From contig JBAYGT010000001.1 of NCBI GenBank assembly GCA_041666525.1, forward strand, positions 132,014 through 196,013: a stretch of DNA of 64,000 nucleotides, written 5' to 3'. Below are positions 1-9,710 of the stretch, piece after piece. Source of the DNA: Negativicutes bacterium (lineage in GTDB: Bacteria; Bacillota; Negativicutes; JBAXTZ01). The notes beneath the pieces were generated by a model, which worked only from the letters and a program-made list of their open reading frames with translations, did no database searches and was not told the origin of the DNA. Within the stretch, counting starts at the first letter, position 1; the number at the start of each line of letters is the position of its first letter. A program made the position numbers and the translations under genes.

Positions 1-912
1 CCGGAAATGGCTGATACCGCTTGATAAATCACATTGGTAAATATAATACGGACGAACCCGCATTTTTACCAGTTGATGCATCAATTCCATCATAATATAA
101 CTGCTGTCATTAACCCCGCGCAACAACACACTTTGGTTGCCAAGCGGTATGCCGGCGTCAGCAAGCTTACGGCAAGCCTCGATGGCCTCCGGAGTGACTT
201 CTTTAGGATGGTTAAAATGAGTATTAAGCCAGATTGGATGATATTTTTTGAGCATATTCACTAAGTCATCCGTGATCCGCTGCGGCATAACAACCGGAGT
301 CCGCGTGCCGATACGAATAATTTCCACATGCGGAATTGTGCGTAACTCGGAAATAATATATTCGAGAAATTCGTCCGAGCACAGTAGTGAATCACCACCG
401 GACACCAGCACGTCACGGATTTGCGGCGTTTTTCGAATATAATCCAGCGACGTCTGAATATCCGCACGCGACTTGCCTGCATCATTTTGTCCAACCGAGC
501 GGCGTCTGGTACAGTGCCGACAATACATTGAACACTGATCAGTTACATAAAACAGCACCCGATCCGGATAACGGTGTGTCAAGCATGGTGCTGGTGAATC
601 AGTATCTTCATGTAGCGGATCCGCCATGTCCCAACTGTCGTTAAACAATTCTTGTGCACTCGGTACCGCTTGACGGCGAATTGGACACTTGGGATTATCC
701 GGATCCATTAATGTCGCATAGTACGGCGTAATCGCCATCCGAATTGTTTTTAAGCAGTTCTTTATTCCGCGTTCTTCTTCTGCGGTAAGATGAATAACTT
801 GTTTTAAAACTTTGACATCGGTAATGCGGTTGCGAACCTGCCACTGCCAATCGTTCCACTGCTCTTCAGTAACATCTTCCCACAAGGAGATTTCTTTATA
901 GTTTCTAGCCAT
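1..912 (-). CDS. kamA: Lysine 2,3-aminomutase, 3'-truncated at the window edge (N-terminal 304 aa present)
   Basis: The ORF track misses this CDS because it runs off the window. Reverse-complement translation from ATG (rc of 910-912) gives MARNYKEISLWEDVTEEQWNDWQWQVRNRITD...VTDQCSMYCRHCTRRR...HPIWLNTHFNHP...RGVNDS...RVRPYYIYQCDLS. It carries the radical-SAM CxxxCxxC motif and is a close KamA match. There is no stop down to position 1. GGAGGAAAAATCC lies upstream of the ATG. Confidence 0.85.
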   Translation of the reverse strand, partial: MARNYKEISLWEDVTEEQWNDWQWQVRNRITDVKVLKQVIHLTAEEERGIKNCLKTIRMAITPYYATLMDPDNPKCPIRRQAVPSAQELFNDSWDMADPLHEDTDSPAPCLTHRYPDRVLFYVTDQCSMYCRHCTRRRSVGQNDAGKSRADIQTSLDYIRKTPQIRDVLVSGGDSLLCSDEFLEYIISELRTIPHVEIIRIGTRTPVVMPQRITDDLVNMLKKYHPIWLNTHFNHPKEVTPEAIEACRKLADAGIPLGNQSVLLRGVNDSSYIMMELMHQLVKMRVRPYYIYQCDLSSGISHFR

Positions 913-930
913 TATGGATTTTTCCTCCAA

Positions 931-1971
931 TTACGAATACAATTTTTCAAACAATTCTCGGATTGGCGCCGACTCGCGCATAATTTGCAAGGTAAGATCA
1001 GCGTGACCTTTTGCGTAACCATTTCCCACGATCATAGTTACATCCTTGCCAACGCCTTCTGCGCCAAGCGCCGCTTTTGTAAACGAAGTCGCCATCGAGA
1101 AGAAATATACTATTCCATCATCTTTCGCGATCAAAATCGATCCCATTTCAGTCGAATCAATATTTACATTATTTATGACAACATCGCACATTTCACCATT
1201 TGTTAATTCTTTTACTTTATTGTAAATTTCTACCGGTTTGGTTGCATCGCCGGTAAATACATGATGTGCAAGTCCCATATCCGCAATCCGCTGTACTTTG
1301 GAAGGCGTGCTGCCCATAACAATTACTTTCCCGTTCGGCCCGACTTTTTTCATCGCCATATACGCACACAATACACCTGATTTGCCGCTGCCGCCGATAA
1401 TACAAACGGTATCACCTGCTTTAACCAGCCGGTCAACTTGTGCCGGCGCACCGGCCACATCCAAAGCGGCTAATGCAAGTTTTTCCGGCATATCAGCCGG
1501 CAATTTGGCATAAATACCGCTTTCAAACAATATCGCCTGTGCATCGACGTCGACCTGGTCATTACCAACATTTACCTTTTTAATTTTGCTGATTTTAAGC
1601 GGAGTTAGCGACAACGAAACCAGGGTTGCAATCTTGTCCCCGACTTTTAATGATTTATCTGGAAAATCAGCGCCAATCTCCGCAACCGTTCCAATTAGCA
1701 TACCACCAGAACCGGTAACCGGGTTTTGCATTTTACCACGCTCGCTAACTATTGACAAAATCATCTCTTCCATTTTGACCGGATCCTTGCCACAAACATC
1801 TTTGATTTGTGTAAACGATGCCGAGTCAATATTTAATGTAATTACGTCAATCAATAATTCGTTGGAGTAAATCTCCATCGTATTATCAATTTTTCTTGCC
1901 GCTTGCGGCAACAATCCTTTGGGTTCAATTACCCGATGAGTTCCAAATTCGCAGCCTTTTTGATTTTTCAT
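931..1971 (-). CDS. kdd: L-erythro-3,5-diaminohexanoate dehydrogenase
   Basis: 346 aa starting MKNQKGCEFGTHRVIEP. The family is Kdd-like and the gene sits in a lysine-fermentation context. GGAGGA lies 4 nt upstream of the ATG at 1971. The MEDF extension in the ORF track comes from an in-frame TTG. Confidence 0.85.
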   Translation of the reverse strand: MKNQKGCEFGTHRVIEPKGLLPQAARKIDNTMEIYSNELLIDVITLNIDSASFTQIKDVCGKDPVKMEEMILSIVSERGKMQNPVTGSGGMLIGTVAEIGADFPDKSLKVGDKIATLVSLSLTPLKISKIKKVNVGNDQVDVDAQAILFESGIYAKLPADMPEKLALAALDVAGAPAQVDRLVKAGDTVCIIGGSGKSGVLCAYMAMKKVGPNGKVIVMGSTPSKVQRIADMGLAHHVFTGDATKPVEIYNKVKELTNGEMCDVVINNVNIDSTEMGSILIAKDDGIVYFFSMATSFTKAALGAEGVGKDVTMIVGNGYAKGHADLTLQIMRESAPIRELFEKLYS

Positions 1972-2048
1972 AAAATCCTCCAATATTCGACTTAAATATT
2001 TATTTCTTCAACCGTAAACAACCAATGACAATATTTGCCATTTTGATT

Positions 2049-3083
2049 TTAGGCATAAATTTCTTCAAACAGTTTTCTGATTGTTGCTGATTTTCGCAAA
2101 ATGTTCAATGACAATTCGGCATGTCCCCGCGTATATCCATTTCCCACCAACATCAGCAAATCTTTGCCGATACCCTCAGCCCCCAACGCCGCTTTAGGAA
2201 ACGATGTCGCCATCGAAAAGAAATAAACCGAACCGCCATCACGGGTAATGATAATCGACGTCATTTCCGTCGTTGGGATGTTAACGTTATTGATTACGAC
2301 ATCACACAATTTGCCAGCGGTCAGCAATTTTATTTTTTCATAAATCTCAATAGTCTTTGTGGCGTCGCCGACAATAACTTCATGAGCCAGTCCCAAATCC
2401 ATAATCCGCTTGGCATTTTTCGGTGAATATTCGATGACAATCACCTTTCCAGCCGGGCCTACGCTTTGCATTGCCTGGTAGGAACATAACATTCCTGATT
2501 TTCCGCCACCACCAATAATACAAACAACATCGCCTTCCTTGACTAGTTTCGCAGTCTGAGCCGGAGCTCCGGCAACATCCAGCACCGCCAACGCCAATTT
2601 TTCCGGAAGATCGGCCGGCAGTTTGGCGTAAATACCGCTTTCAAACAGTACCGCGGTGCCTTCGATCTCCACTTGATCGTTGTTAATATTAATGTTAACT
2701 ATTCGGTCAATTTTCAACGGAGTAAGTGATAACGATACCAATGTTGCGATTTTGTCACCAACGGCAAGTGATTTGTCAGGAAACGCCGGACCAATTTCGG
2801 CTACTTCACCAATCAACATACCACCCGAACCGGTAACCGGGTTTTGCATTTTACCACGCTCGCTAACTATTGACAAAATCATCTCTTCCATTTTGACGTA
2901 ATCATTATCGCAAGCTTGCTTTATTTGGGTAAAACTAGCCGAGTCGATATTCAATGTTTTTACATTTATTAGTAATTCATTATCATAGATTTCCGGAGAA
3001 TTATTGATTGCTTTCGCAGCTTGCGGTAATACGCCAATCGGTTCAATTACTCTGTGCGTTCCGTACTTACAGCCTTTTTTCAA
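2049..3083 (-). CDS. kdd: 3,5-diaminohexanoate dehydrogenase, second tandem paralogue (about 70% aa identity to the first)
   Basis: Collinear with kdd over its full length. The likely start is TTG at 3083, giving MKKGCKYGTHRVIEP, with GAGGTGA 7 nt upstream. The longer ORF in the track would overlap kce by 50 nt or more, so it is rejected. Confidence 0.75.
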   Translation of the reverse strand: MKKGCKYGTHRVIEPIGVLPQAAKAINNSPEIYDNELLINVKTLNIDSASFTQIKQACDNDYVKMEEMILSIVSERGKMQNPVTGSGGMLIGEVAEIGPAFPDKSLAVGDKIATLVSLSLTPLKIDRIVNININNDQVEIEGTAVLFESGIYAKLPADLPEKLALAVLDVAGAPAQTAKLVKEGDVVCIIGGGGKSGMLCSYQAMQSVGPAGKVIVIEYSPKNAKRIMDLGLAHEVIVGDATKTIEIYEKIKLLTAGKLCDVVINNVNIPTTEMTSIIITRDGGSVYFFSMATSFPKAALGAEGIGKDLLMLVGNGYTRGHAELSLNILRKSATIRKLFEEIYA

Positions 3084-3090
3084 AGTCACA

Positions 3091-3906
3091 TCACCTCGCA
3101 ATTCCCAAAATTTTCCGGGCCTCGTCCGGGCTGGCAACATCTCTTCCCATTTCTTTGGAAATACGCGCAATCCGCGCCGCGAGCTGCGCATTGGATTCGG
3201 CCAGAACTCCCTTGTGATAATAAACGTTGTCCTCAAAACCGATCCGCACATGTCCACCCATGGCAATAGCATGAACTGCAAGCGGCAGTTCAAACCTGCC
3301 TATTCCTGCAACTGTCCAGGTGCTTCCAGCCGGTATATGATTAACCATGAACAATAAATCGTCGATACTTCCAGGCATTGCTCCGGGAACCCCCAAAACA
3401 AAATCAAAATGCAGCGGCGTTTTTATCAAGCCTCTTTTTGCCAATCGCACTGCATTATCAATCATTCCGCGTTCAAATACTTCGAGCTCCGGTTTGACAT
3501 TGCGCGCCAACATTTCTTTGGCAAAACTCTCGATATATTCTGGAGAATTCATGAATACTCCATCGCCGAAATTGCAAGTACCACAATCCAGGGTTGCCAT
3601 CTCGGGATTCAGCAGCAGCGGCTGCATCCGCTGCTCAAAAGTATGCCAGATCGACCCGCCGGTTGATGGCTGAAAAATGATGTTGCAGCGCTCGGCAACA
3701 AGTCCTTTGATCTCGCGGTAAATTTCGCAATCCTGAGTCGGTTCGCCTTGCGCATCACGGGCGTGAACGTGAACAATCGACACGCCAGCCAAAAAGCATT
3801 CATAGGCAGCATCGGCAATTTCGCATGGTGTAAGCGGTAAATTTGGCTGCTGAACGCGTGTGACTTCACCACCAGTTAAGGCAGCGGTAATAATCAGTTT
3901 ATCCAT
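3091..3906 (-). CDS. kce: 3-keto-5-aminohexanoate cleavage enzyme (BKACE/DUF849 family)
   Basis: 272 aa from MDKLIITAALTGG. This is a typical Kce N-terminus. The gene is adjacent to kal and kdd. Confidence 0.85.
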   Translation of the reverse strand: MDKLIITAALTGGEVTRVQQPNLPLTPCEIADAAYECFLAGVSIVHVHARDAQGEPTQDCEIYREIKGLVAERCNIIFQPSTGGSIWHTFEQRMQPLLLNPEMATLDCGTCNFGDGVFMNSPEYIESFAKEMLARNVKPELEVFERGMIDNAVRLAKRGLIKTPLHFDFVLGVPGAMPGSIDDLLFMVNHIPAGSTWTVAGIGRFELPLAVHAIAMGGHVRIGFEDNVYYHKGVLAESNAQLAARIARISKEMGRDVASPDEARKILGIAR

Positions 3907-3913
3907 AATACTA

Positions 3914-4300
3914 TCAACCCTTTCGCTGGCTTTTCTTCGGAGTAACACAAGTACCGGATGCCCGGCAAACAACAATTGGTTCAGCCAAAACATCACAAGC
4001 TGAAGCGCTGATATCCGGCCTCGGGATGATAACTTTCCGGGCTTCAAATCGCATTTTTCGTGAAGAGTTTCCCTCAGATACTATTTCTCCAACTGCTTCA
4101 ATATAATCCCCGGCGTATACCGGCGCTAAAAATTCGACACTGTCATAAGCACAAAACAACCCTTCATCGCCGTCGCGCGCAATCAATAATTCAGTAGCAA
4201 CATCACCAAACAATTGTAACATCCGCGCTCCGTCAACCAAGTTTCCGCCATAATGAGCATCATGCGAACTCATCCGTAGCCTGATCATCGATTTTCCCAT
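3914..4300 (-). CDS. kal: 3-aminobutyryl-CoA ammonia-lyase (hotdog fold)
   Basis: 128 aa. Its size and its position between kce and the CoA-transferase genes fit Kal. GAGGTGA lies upstream. Confidence 0.75.
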   Translation of the reverse strand: MGKSMIRLRMSSHDAHYGGNLVDGARMLQLFGDVATELLIARDGDEGLFCAYDSVEFLAPVYAGDYIEAVGEIVSEGNSSRKMRFEARKVIIPRPDISASACDVLAEPIVVCRASGTCVTPKKSQRKG

Positions 4301-4336
4301 CTTTCACCTCAATATAAATATTTGTCTTAAGCGAAA

Positions 4337-4996
4337 TTAAATACACATTACTTCTACGTTGTCAGCTAACAACAGTTTTGCATCCGTCGCCGCGATTACT
4401 TGTTCAACGGTAACGCCCGGAGCAACTTCTTTTAGCACCAATCCATTTACTGTTGGCTCAATAACAGCCAATTCAGTAACAATTAAATCCACTCGACGTA
4501 TCGAAGTCAACGGCAAATCACACTTGACGACTATCTTGGATTGACCTTTTGCGGCATGAGTCATCGCTACAATTACTTTTTTGGCACCGGTAACCAAATC
4601 CATGGCGCCGCCCATACCGGGCACCATTTTTCCCGGCACCATCCAATTAGCCAAATGACCGGCTTCATCAACTTGAAGCCCGCCAAGCACGGTAACATCA
4701 AGATGCCCTCCGCGTGCCAGTGCAAACGAAGTAGCGCTGTCAAAAACTGCCGCGCCGGGAATAGCAGTAACGAAGCCGTTGCCGGCGTTAGTCAAATCTT
4801 TGTTTTCAAAACCCGGCTGTGGCGGTGGTCCAGCACCAATCATACCGTTCTCCGAATGAAAATATACTGACACATCCGACGGCAGATAATTCGCGACCAA
4901 AGTTGGTAATCCGATTCCAAGATTAACTAATGTACCATCTTTTAGTTCTTGCGCCACACGTTTAGCGATAATCACTTTTTCGTCCATAACAATCAT
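4337..4996 (-). CDS. atoA: 3-oxoacid/acetoacetate CoA-transferase subunit B
   Basis: 219 aa with the GIGLPTLV...SENGMIGAGP motif of the CoA-transferase beta subunit. Confidence 0.85.
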   Translation of the reverse strand: MIVMDEKVIIAKRVAQELKDGTLVNLGIGLPTLVANYLPSDVSVYFHSENGMIGAGPPPQPGFENKDLTNAGNGFVTAIPGAAVFDSATSFALARGGHLDVTVLGGLQVDEAGHLANWMVPGKMVPGMGGAMDLVTGAKKVIVAMTHAAKGQSKIVVKCDLPLTSIRRVDLIVTELAVIEPTVNGLVLKEVAPGVTVEQVIAATDAKLLLADNVEVMCI

Positions 4997-5643
4997 TGCC
5001 CCTTTACTACAACGTAATCAATAAAATTGCTAATAGTGTGAACATCATCAGGTGCAAAAGCTCCGACCGGAACAATCTCGTCGACTTCAACAATAACTGT
5101 TTCGGCAGCCATCGCCATTAGTGGATTGAAATTTCTTGTTGTATAGCCATACTGAAGGTTGCCTTGATAATCAGCGCGCTTTGCTTTTAATATCGCTACA
5201 TCAGCTTTTAATGGTTTTTCCAATAAAAATTTCTTGCCATCAATTTCAACAACTTGCTTGCCTTGCTCTACCAATGTACCAACACCGGTTGGCGTTAATA
5301 TTCCACCCAGACCCACGCCGCCGGCGCGTATCCGCTCCGCAAGCGTCCCTTGCGGTACCAATTCCACTTCAAGCTCATTTGCCAGATATTGCTGTTGAGT
5401 TGCTTTATTTGTGCCAATATGCGAAGTAATAACTTTTTTCACAAGCTTGGCAACAATTAATTTTCCAACACCTTTGTCAACAAATGCGGTGTCGTTGGCA
5501 ATAATTGTCAGATCTGTACATTTTGCACAAACCACAGCATCGATAATAGTTTCAGCAGTTCCTGATGACAAAAAACCCGCAACCATAACAGTCATTCCGT
5601 CATGTATATATTCTGCTGCTTGCTGCACGTTGATGACTTGCAT
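4993..5643 (-). CDS. atoD: 3-oxoacid/acetoacetate CoA-transferase subunit A
   Basis: 216 aa. It overlaps atoA by 4 nt. The family is the CoA-transferase alpha subunit. Confidence 0.85.
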   Translation of the reverse strand: MQVINVQQAAEYIHDGMTVMVAGFLSSGTAETIIDAVVCAKCTDLTIIANDTAFVDKGVGKLIVAKLVKKVITSHIGTNKATQQQYLANELEVELVPQGTLAERIRAGGVGLGGILTPTGVGTLVEQGKQVVEIDGKKFLLEKPLKADVAILKAKRADYQGNLQYGYTTRNFNPLMAMAAETVIVEVDEIVPVGAFAPDDVHTISNFIDYVVVKGQ

Positions 5644-5762
5644 AATATTCCATCCTTAAAAAATATTTCATTTATATCAGAGATAATATTCGGCGATTAT
5701 TGTAGTTTTCCTGCAAAAAATCAGAAAAAGATGCTTTATCAACGAAAAATATCAATAACTAA

Positions 5763-7166
5763 TCAGCTCCAACCTTTTATTTTAACTCGCGCAGCTTTCG
5801 AAACAAAAATATAGTAGCACAAAACGATGAGCAATAAACTGATTATGCCGCTGTACACCACTATGCGCAGCGTCGGGTCAATATACATTCCTACAATAAC
5901 GACGCAGTTTGCCAATATTCCCAAAACCGGTACCGCCATCGGAACCCGAAATTTTAAATCTTCCAATTTATGACCTAGCTCCAAATATTTTTTCCTGAAT
6001 GATATGTGACAGACCGCAATAACTATCCAGACAATACAACCAATAAACCCGGTTGCTGATGTTATCCACATGAACACTTCGGCAGCAGCAAAAGTCTTGC
6101 TAAGCAACGCAACCATCATTAACATAACTGTGGCAATTACACCAAATACCGGCACTCCTGCTTTGTTGGTGTGTTTCAGTAACGAAGGCGCCAACTGCTG
6201 GTGAGCGGCAGACCACAATAGTCGTGAACAGGCATATATTGCAGAATTAACCGAAGACAGACAAGAAGTGACGACAACAAAACTCATAATATCATACGCA
6301 TGCGGTATCCCAATCATACCAAATACTTTTGCAAAGGGACTCTCCTCAACCCCGGCTTCTTTCCACGGTAAAATGCCGACAAGTACGACGATGGCAAATA
6401 TATAAAACAGCATTATTCGCAACCCGACATTTTTCACTGCAGAACGAATGTTTTTTTCCGGATTCTCTGATTCTCCGGCGGCTATTCCCACGAGCTCCGC
6501 ACCCTGAAATGATGTTACAACTATGACCATCGTAAAAAATATTGGCGCAATACCCAACGGAAACCAGCCGTCTTTGTAGAAATTGGCAAAACCGTTGACG
6601 TGAGTATTAGCATCTATACCAAAAATTATCGCAGCGCCCAATACGACAAAAACGACGATGGCAACAACCTTAATGCTGGCAAACCAAAATTCCGTCTCTC
6701 CAAAGGTCTTTGCGGACATAATATTCAAAAAAGCCAGCAAAGCGCCAAACAATATGCACCAGGTCCACTCCGGCATCATCGGAAACCAGTTGGTCATAAT
6801 CATCGACGCTGCAATCAAAGACATAGCGCCGGCGGTGCCCCAGTTAAGATAATAAAGCCAGCCGGTAAAGAAACCCGCGCAAGGAGAAATAAACCGCGTG
6901 GCGTAGGCCTGAAACGAGCCCGATATCGGCATTGCGACAGCCATTTCACCCAAGCTGAGCAGGGCGAGAAACATAACTATGCCGCCAATGAAAAAAGCCA
7001 GCACTGAACCAAGCGGCCCCGCCTGATTGATTACGGCTCCGGATCCCATGAACAGCCCTGATCCGATCGTTCCGCCGATAGCGATCATCGTCAAATGACG
7101 TGACTTCATCGTACGTTTGAGAACCTCATCTTCTGAATACATTTTTTTCTTGTTTTCTTCCATCAT
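5763..7166 (-). CDS. APC-superfamily amino acid permease (probable lysine permease)
   Basis: 467 aa, 12 TM, amino acid permease family. It lies immediately upstream of the lysine-fermentation genes. Confidence 0.8.
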   Translation of the reverse strand: MMEENKKKMYSEDEVLKRTMKSRHLTMIAIGGTIGSGLFMGSGAVINQAGPLGSVLAFFIGGIVMFLALLSLGEMAVAMPISGSFQAYATRFISPCAGFFTGWLYYLNWGTAGAMSLIAASMIMTNWFPMMPEWTWCILFGALLAFLNIMSAKTFGETEFWFASIKVVAIVVFVVLGAAIIFGIDANTHVNGFANFYKDGWFPLGIAPIFFTMVIVVTSFQGAELVGIAAGESENPEKNIRSAVKNVGLRIMLFYIFAIVVLVGILPWKEAGVEESPFAKVFGMIGIPHAYDIMSFVVVTSCLSSVNSAIYACSRLLWSAAHQQLAPSLLKHTNKAGVPVFGVIATVMLMMVALLSKTFAAAEVFMWITSATGFIGCIVWIVIAVCHISFRKKYLELGHKLEDLKFRVPMAVPVLGILANCVVIVGMYIDPTLRIVVYSGIISLLLIVLCYYIFVSKAARVKIKGWS

Positions 7167-7372
7167 TCCTGCCTCGAAAATATTTTCTCACATTATTTAT
7201 AGTTTTGATTCCATCATTAACAGCCGAAATGTTGCTATTGAGCGGCTTTGTTTGCGACGACATTCAAAAAATTTTTTTATAGTGATGGTAATATTCGCCA
7301 ACTATTACAATTTTCCTGCCTTTATTCGAAAGTTTTCACAAGTATTGGTAAATAATGGTTTGCCATTCAATT

Positions 7373-8212
7373 TTATTGTTTGGCAAACCATTTATCGTAA
7401 ATCTTTTTCAACTCACCATTTTTTTCTAGCTCGACAAGCGCTCTGTTGAGCTTATCAAGCAAATTATTGTCACCTTTTCTCAAAACCATAGCAAACTCTT
7501 CGCTTGAAAGCATGTTTACGATTTTTAATTTTTTCATTTTGCGCTCTTTGACGCAGTACTCTGCAGACAACTTATCCATGATGATTGCATCAAGTTCGCC
7601 ATCATAAAGGTCAATATACATCTCCTGTTGATTATGATAGCCTTTTAGTTTAGCGTCATTGACCGCTGCTGCTTGTTTGACCATCGTTGTGCTTAATTCA
7701 ACGCCAACCGTTTTTCCTGGCAAATCGTTGGCGTTGGCAATGTTGCTCCCCTGCAACGTTACAATGCAAGCGCCGCCTTTGGCGTACGGCGTTGTGAAAT
7801 CCACCGATTTCTTGCGTTCATCAGTAACTGAAATGCCGCCGACAGCTATATCAATTTCCGGACTCGGCGCATAATAGCTTTTAGCAAACATTTTCGCGCG
7901 TTGTTTACCCTGCTCGATTTGTTCCAGCATTTTCCCGAAAGTAATATCGCGATATTCAATTTTCAGTCCGGCTATTTTTGCCGCCGCCTCGATTACGTCA
8001 ATGTCGAACCCGGCATACGCGCCGTTTTTGACAACCGGTGGTGTCGCAACGCCGTTTTTATCGAGACCGACGGATACCGCCTGGTTGAAAAATGTATATG
8101 GAGGATTGTTGTCTACGCCAACAATTATCTTGTCAGCATCTCTAAAATAAATGACCGCTACTATAATCGCAATGATAACGATTGGAACCAAAACCAAGAA
8201 TTTCTTTTTCAT
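7373..8212 (-). CDS. Polar amino acid ABC-type solute-binding protein (family 3 SBP), membrane-anchored, orphan
   Basis: 279 aa. It has an N-terminal hydrophobic anchor (LVLVPIVIIAIIVAVIYF) with no lipobox Cys, and a type II periplasmic-binding fold. No ABC permease or ATPase gene is nearby. Confidence 0.75.
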   Translation of the reverse strand: MKKKFLVLVPIVIIAIIVAVIYFRDADKIIVGVDNNPPYTFFNQAVSVGLDKNGVATPPVVKNGAYAGFDIDVIEAAAKIAGLKIEYRDITFGKMLEQIEQGKQRAKMFAKSYYAPSPEIDIAVGGISVTDERKKSVDFTTPYAKGGACIVTLQGSNIANANDLPGKTVGVELSTTMVKQAAAVNDAKLKGYHNQQEMYIDLYDGELDAIIMDKLSAEYCVKERKMKKLKIVNMLSSEEFAMVLRKGDNNLLDKLNRALVELEKNGELKKIYDKWFAKQ

Positions 8213-8264
8213 TGTTGCAAATTCCTCTCTTGTTGATTTATCCGATCCCTGTAACGAGTAATAT

Positions 8265-9614
8265 TTATATTAAATCCATTACGGCGTGGATGTCATCCAC
8301 GCCGACAATCTTGATTTTCGAACTTTTTTTAACTACGCTCAAGCAGCTTTTAGGAAGGATAATTGTTTTAAAACCAAGCGCTTCGGCTTCTTTTACACGC
8401 TCTTCAACATTCATCACAGAACGAATTTCGCCAGTCAAACTAATCTCACCAAACGCGCACACATCATTACCGACGGCAGTATTGCGCAAGCTCGAAACTA
8501 TCGCTATTGCTGCCGCCAAATCTGCAGCCGTCTCATCAATTTTTATGCCACCGATAACATTTAAAAACACATCCTGCTGGCCAAATAATAATCCGGCGCG
8601 TCGTTCCAGCACCGCAAGCAACATTATCAGCCGATTGTAATCATAACCTGACACCAACCGGCGCGGCATTCCATAATAACTTTGGCAAGCCAATGCTTGA
8701 ACTTCTAAAAGCAAGGGACGATTGCCTTGCATGAACGGTGTAATCACAGCGCCAGGATGGGCGACTGATCTGTCGTTGAGCAATATCGCCGATGGATTAA
8801 GAACTTCCACCAAACCCTCGGTGCGCATTGAAAAAATTCCGCATTCATTAATACCGCCGAAGCGGTTTTTTTTGGCGCGGAGAATTCGAAAATTATTGTT
8901 CTGCTCTCCCTCAAAATATAATACTACATCAACCATATGTTCTAAAATTTTCGGACCAGCAATTTGCCCGTCTTTGGTAATATGACCAATGATAACTACC
9001 GCGATATTGCGTTCTTTGGCAAACCGTAGCATTCGCCCGGCACACTCTCTAACTTGTGACACACTTCCGGGCGCAGATGAAATATTTTGATCAAACATCG
9101 TCTGTATTGAATCAATTATTAGCAACTGCGGCTGGTGTTGTTCAGCAACTAGCAGTATCTCATCAATATCTGTCGCAGTGAACAATAACAGCTTTTTTCC
9201 GCAATCGCCCAACCGTTTTGCGCGTAATTTTATCTGTTGCGCTGATTCTTCACCTGAAACGTATAACACCGTTACATCGCGCAAGGACAACCGCATGGCA
9301 ATCTGCATTGCAAGCGTTGATTTTCCGATCCCCGGATCACCGCCTAACAGCGATAACGACCCACCGACTATTCCGCCTCCCAAAACTTTATCAAATTCAG
9401 CCAAGCCGCACATAATTCGTGCATCTTCATGTGCTGAGACATCAATAATATTAACTACTTTAGCAGAATTGGCATTTCGTTCGCGTTTGGAGTTTTTGGC
9501 AATAACTTCTTCAGATAAACTGTTCCATGCTGAACAACCAGGGCAACGTCCTAGCCACTTGCCGCTTTCATACCCACATTCATTACAAAAAAACTGTGTC
9601 TTAATCTTACTCAT
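8265..9614 (-). CDS. radA: DNA repair protein RadA/Sms
   Basis: It has an N-terminal C4 zinc finger (CNECGYESGKWLGRCPGC), a RecA-like ATPase (GGDPGIGKST) and a Lon-like C-terminal domain. The ATG at 9614 is preceded by GGGGAAAG. Confidence 0.95.
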   Translation of the reverse strand: MSKIKTQFFCNECGYESGKWLGRCPGCSAWNSLSEEVIAKNSKRERNANSAKVVNIIDVSAHEDARIMCGLAEFDKVLGGGIVGGSLSLLGGDPGIGKSTLAMQIAMRLSLRDVTVLYVSGEESAQQIKLRAKRLGDCGKKLLLFTATDIDEILLVAEQHQPQLLIIDSIQTMFDQNISSAPGSVSQVRECAGRMLRFAKERNIAVVIIGHITKDGQIAGPKILEHMVDVVLYFEGEQNNNFRILRAKKNRFGGINECGIFSMRTEGLVEVLNPSAILLNDRSVAHPGAVITPFMQGNRPLLLEVQALACQSYYGMPRRLVSGYDYNRLIMLLAVLERRAGLLFGQQDVFLNVIGGIKIDETAADLAAAIAIVSSLRNTAVGNDVCAFGEISLTGEIRSVMNVEERVKEAEALGFKTIILPKSCLSVVKKSSKIKIVGVDDIHAVMDLI

Positions 9615-9654
9615 CTTTCCCCGCACACTTCGTATGTTTTATATTTCGTCACAA

Positions 9655-9690
9655 GTATAAAAAAATCCTGCATAAACAGCAGGATTTTCT
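9655..9690 (-). terminator. Rho-independent terminator downstream of fprA
   Basis: Stem AAAATCCTGC / GCAGGATTTT with a 6-nt loop. U-runs flank it on both strands. Confidence 0.6.
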
Positions 9691-9710
9691 TATATTTTGC
9701 AAATAATTAA

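Noticed and set aside
34-644. Plus-strand ORFs (76, 64 and 85 aa) at the left edge
   Set aside because: They lie entirely inside the minus-strand kamA coding sequence. The kamA translation is unambiguous, with the CxxxCxxC motif and a full-length match.
2049-3293. Long 414-aa version of kdd2 starting at 3293 (MNCRLQF...)
   Set aside because: It would overlap the kce coding region by about 200 nt. The N-terminal 70 aa have no counterpart in kdd1. An in-frame TTG with a good RBS gives a product collinear with kdd1.
7167-7372. Possible lysine (L-box) riboswitch in the 206-nt leader of the amino acid permease
   Set aside because: The reverse-complemented leader lacks the conserved L-box core elements (GAGGCGC, GAAAGGG and related segments). 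Only a hairpin that acts as the upstream gene's terminator was found.
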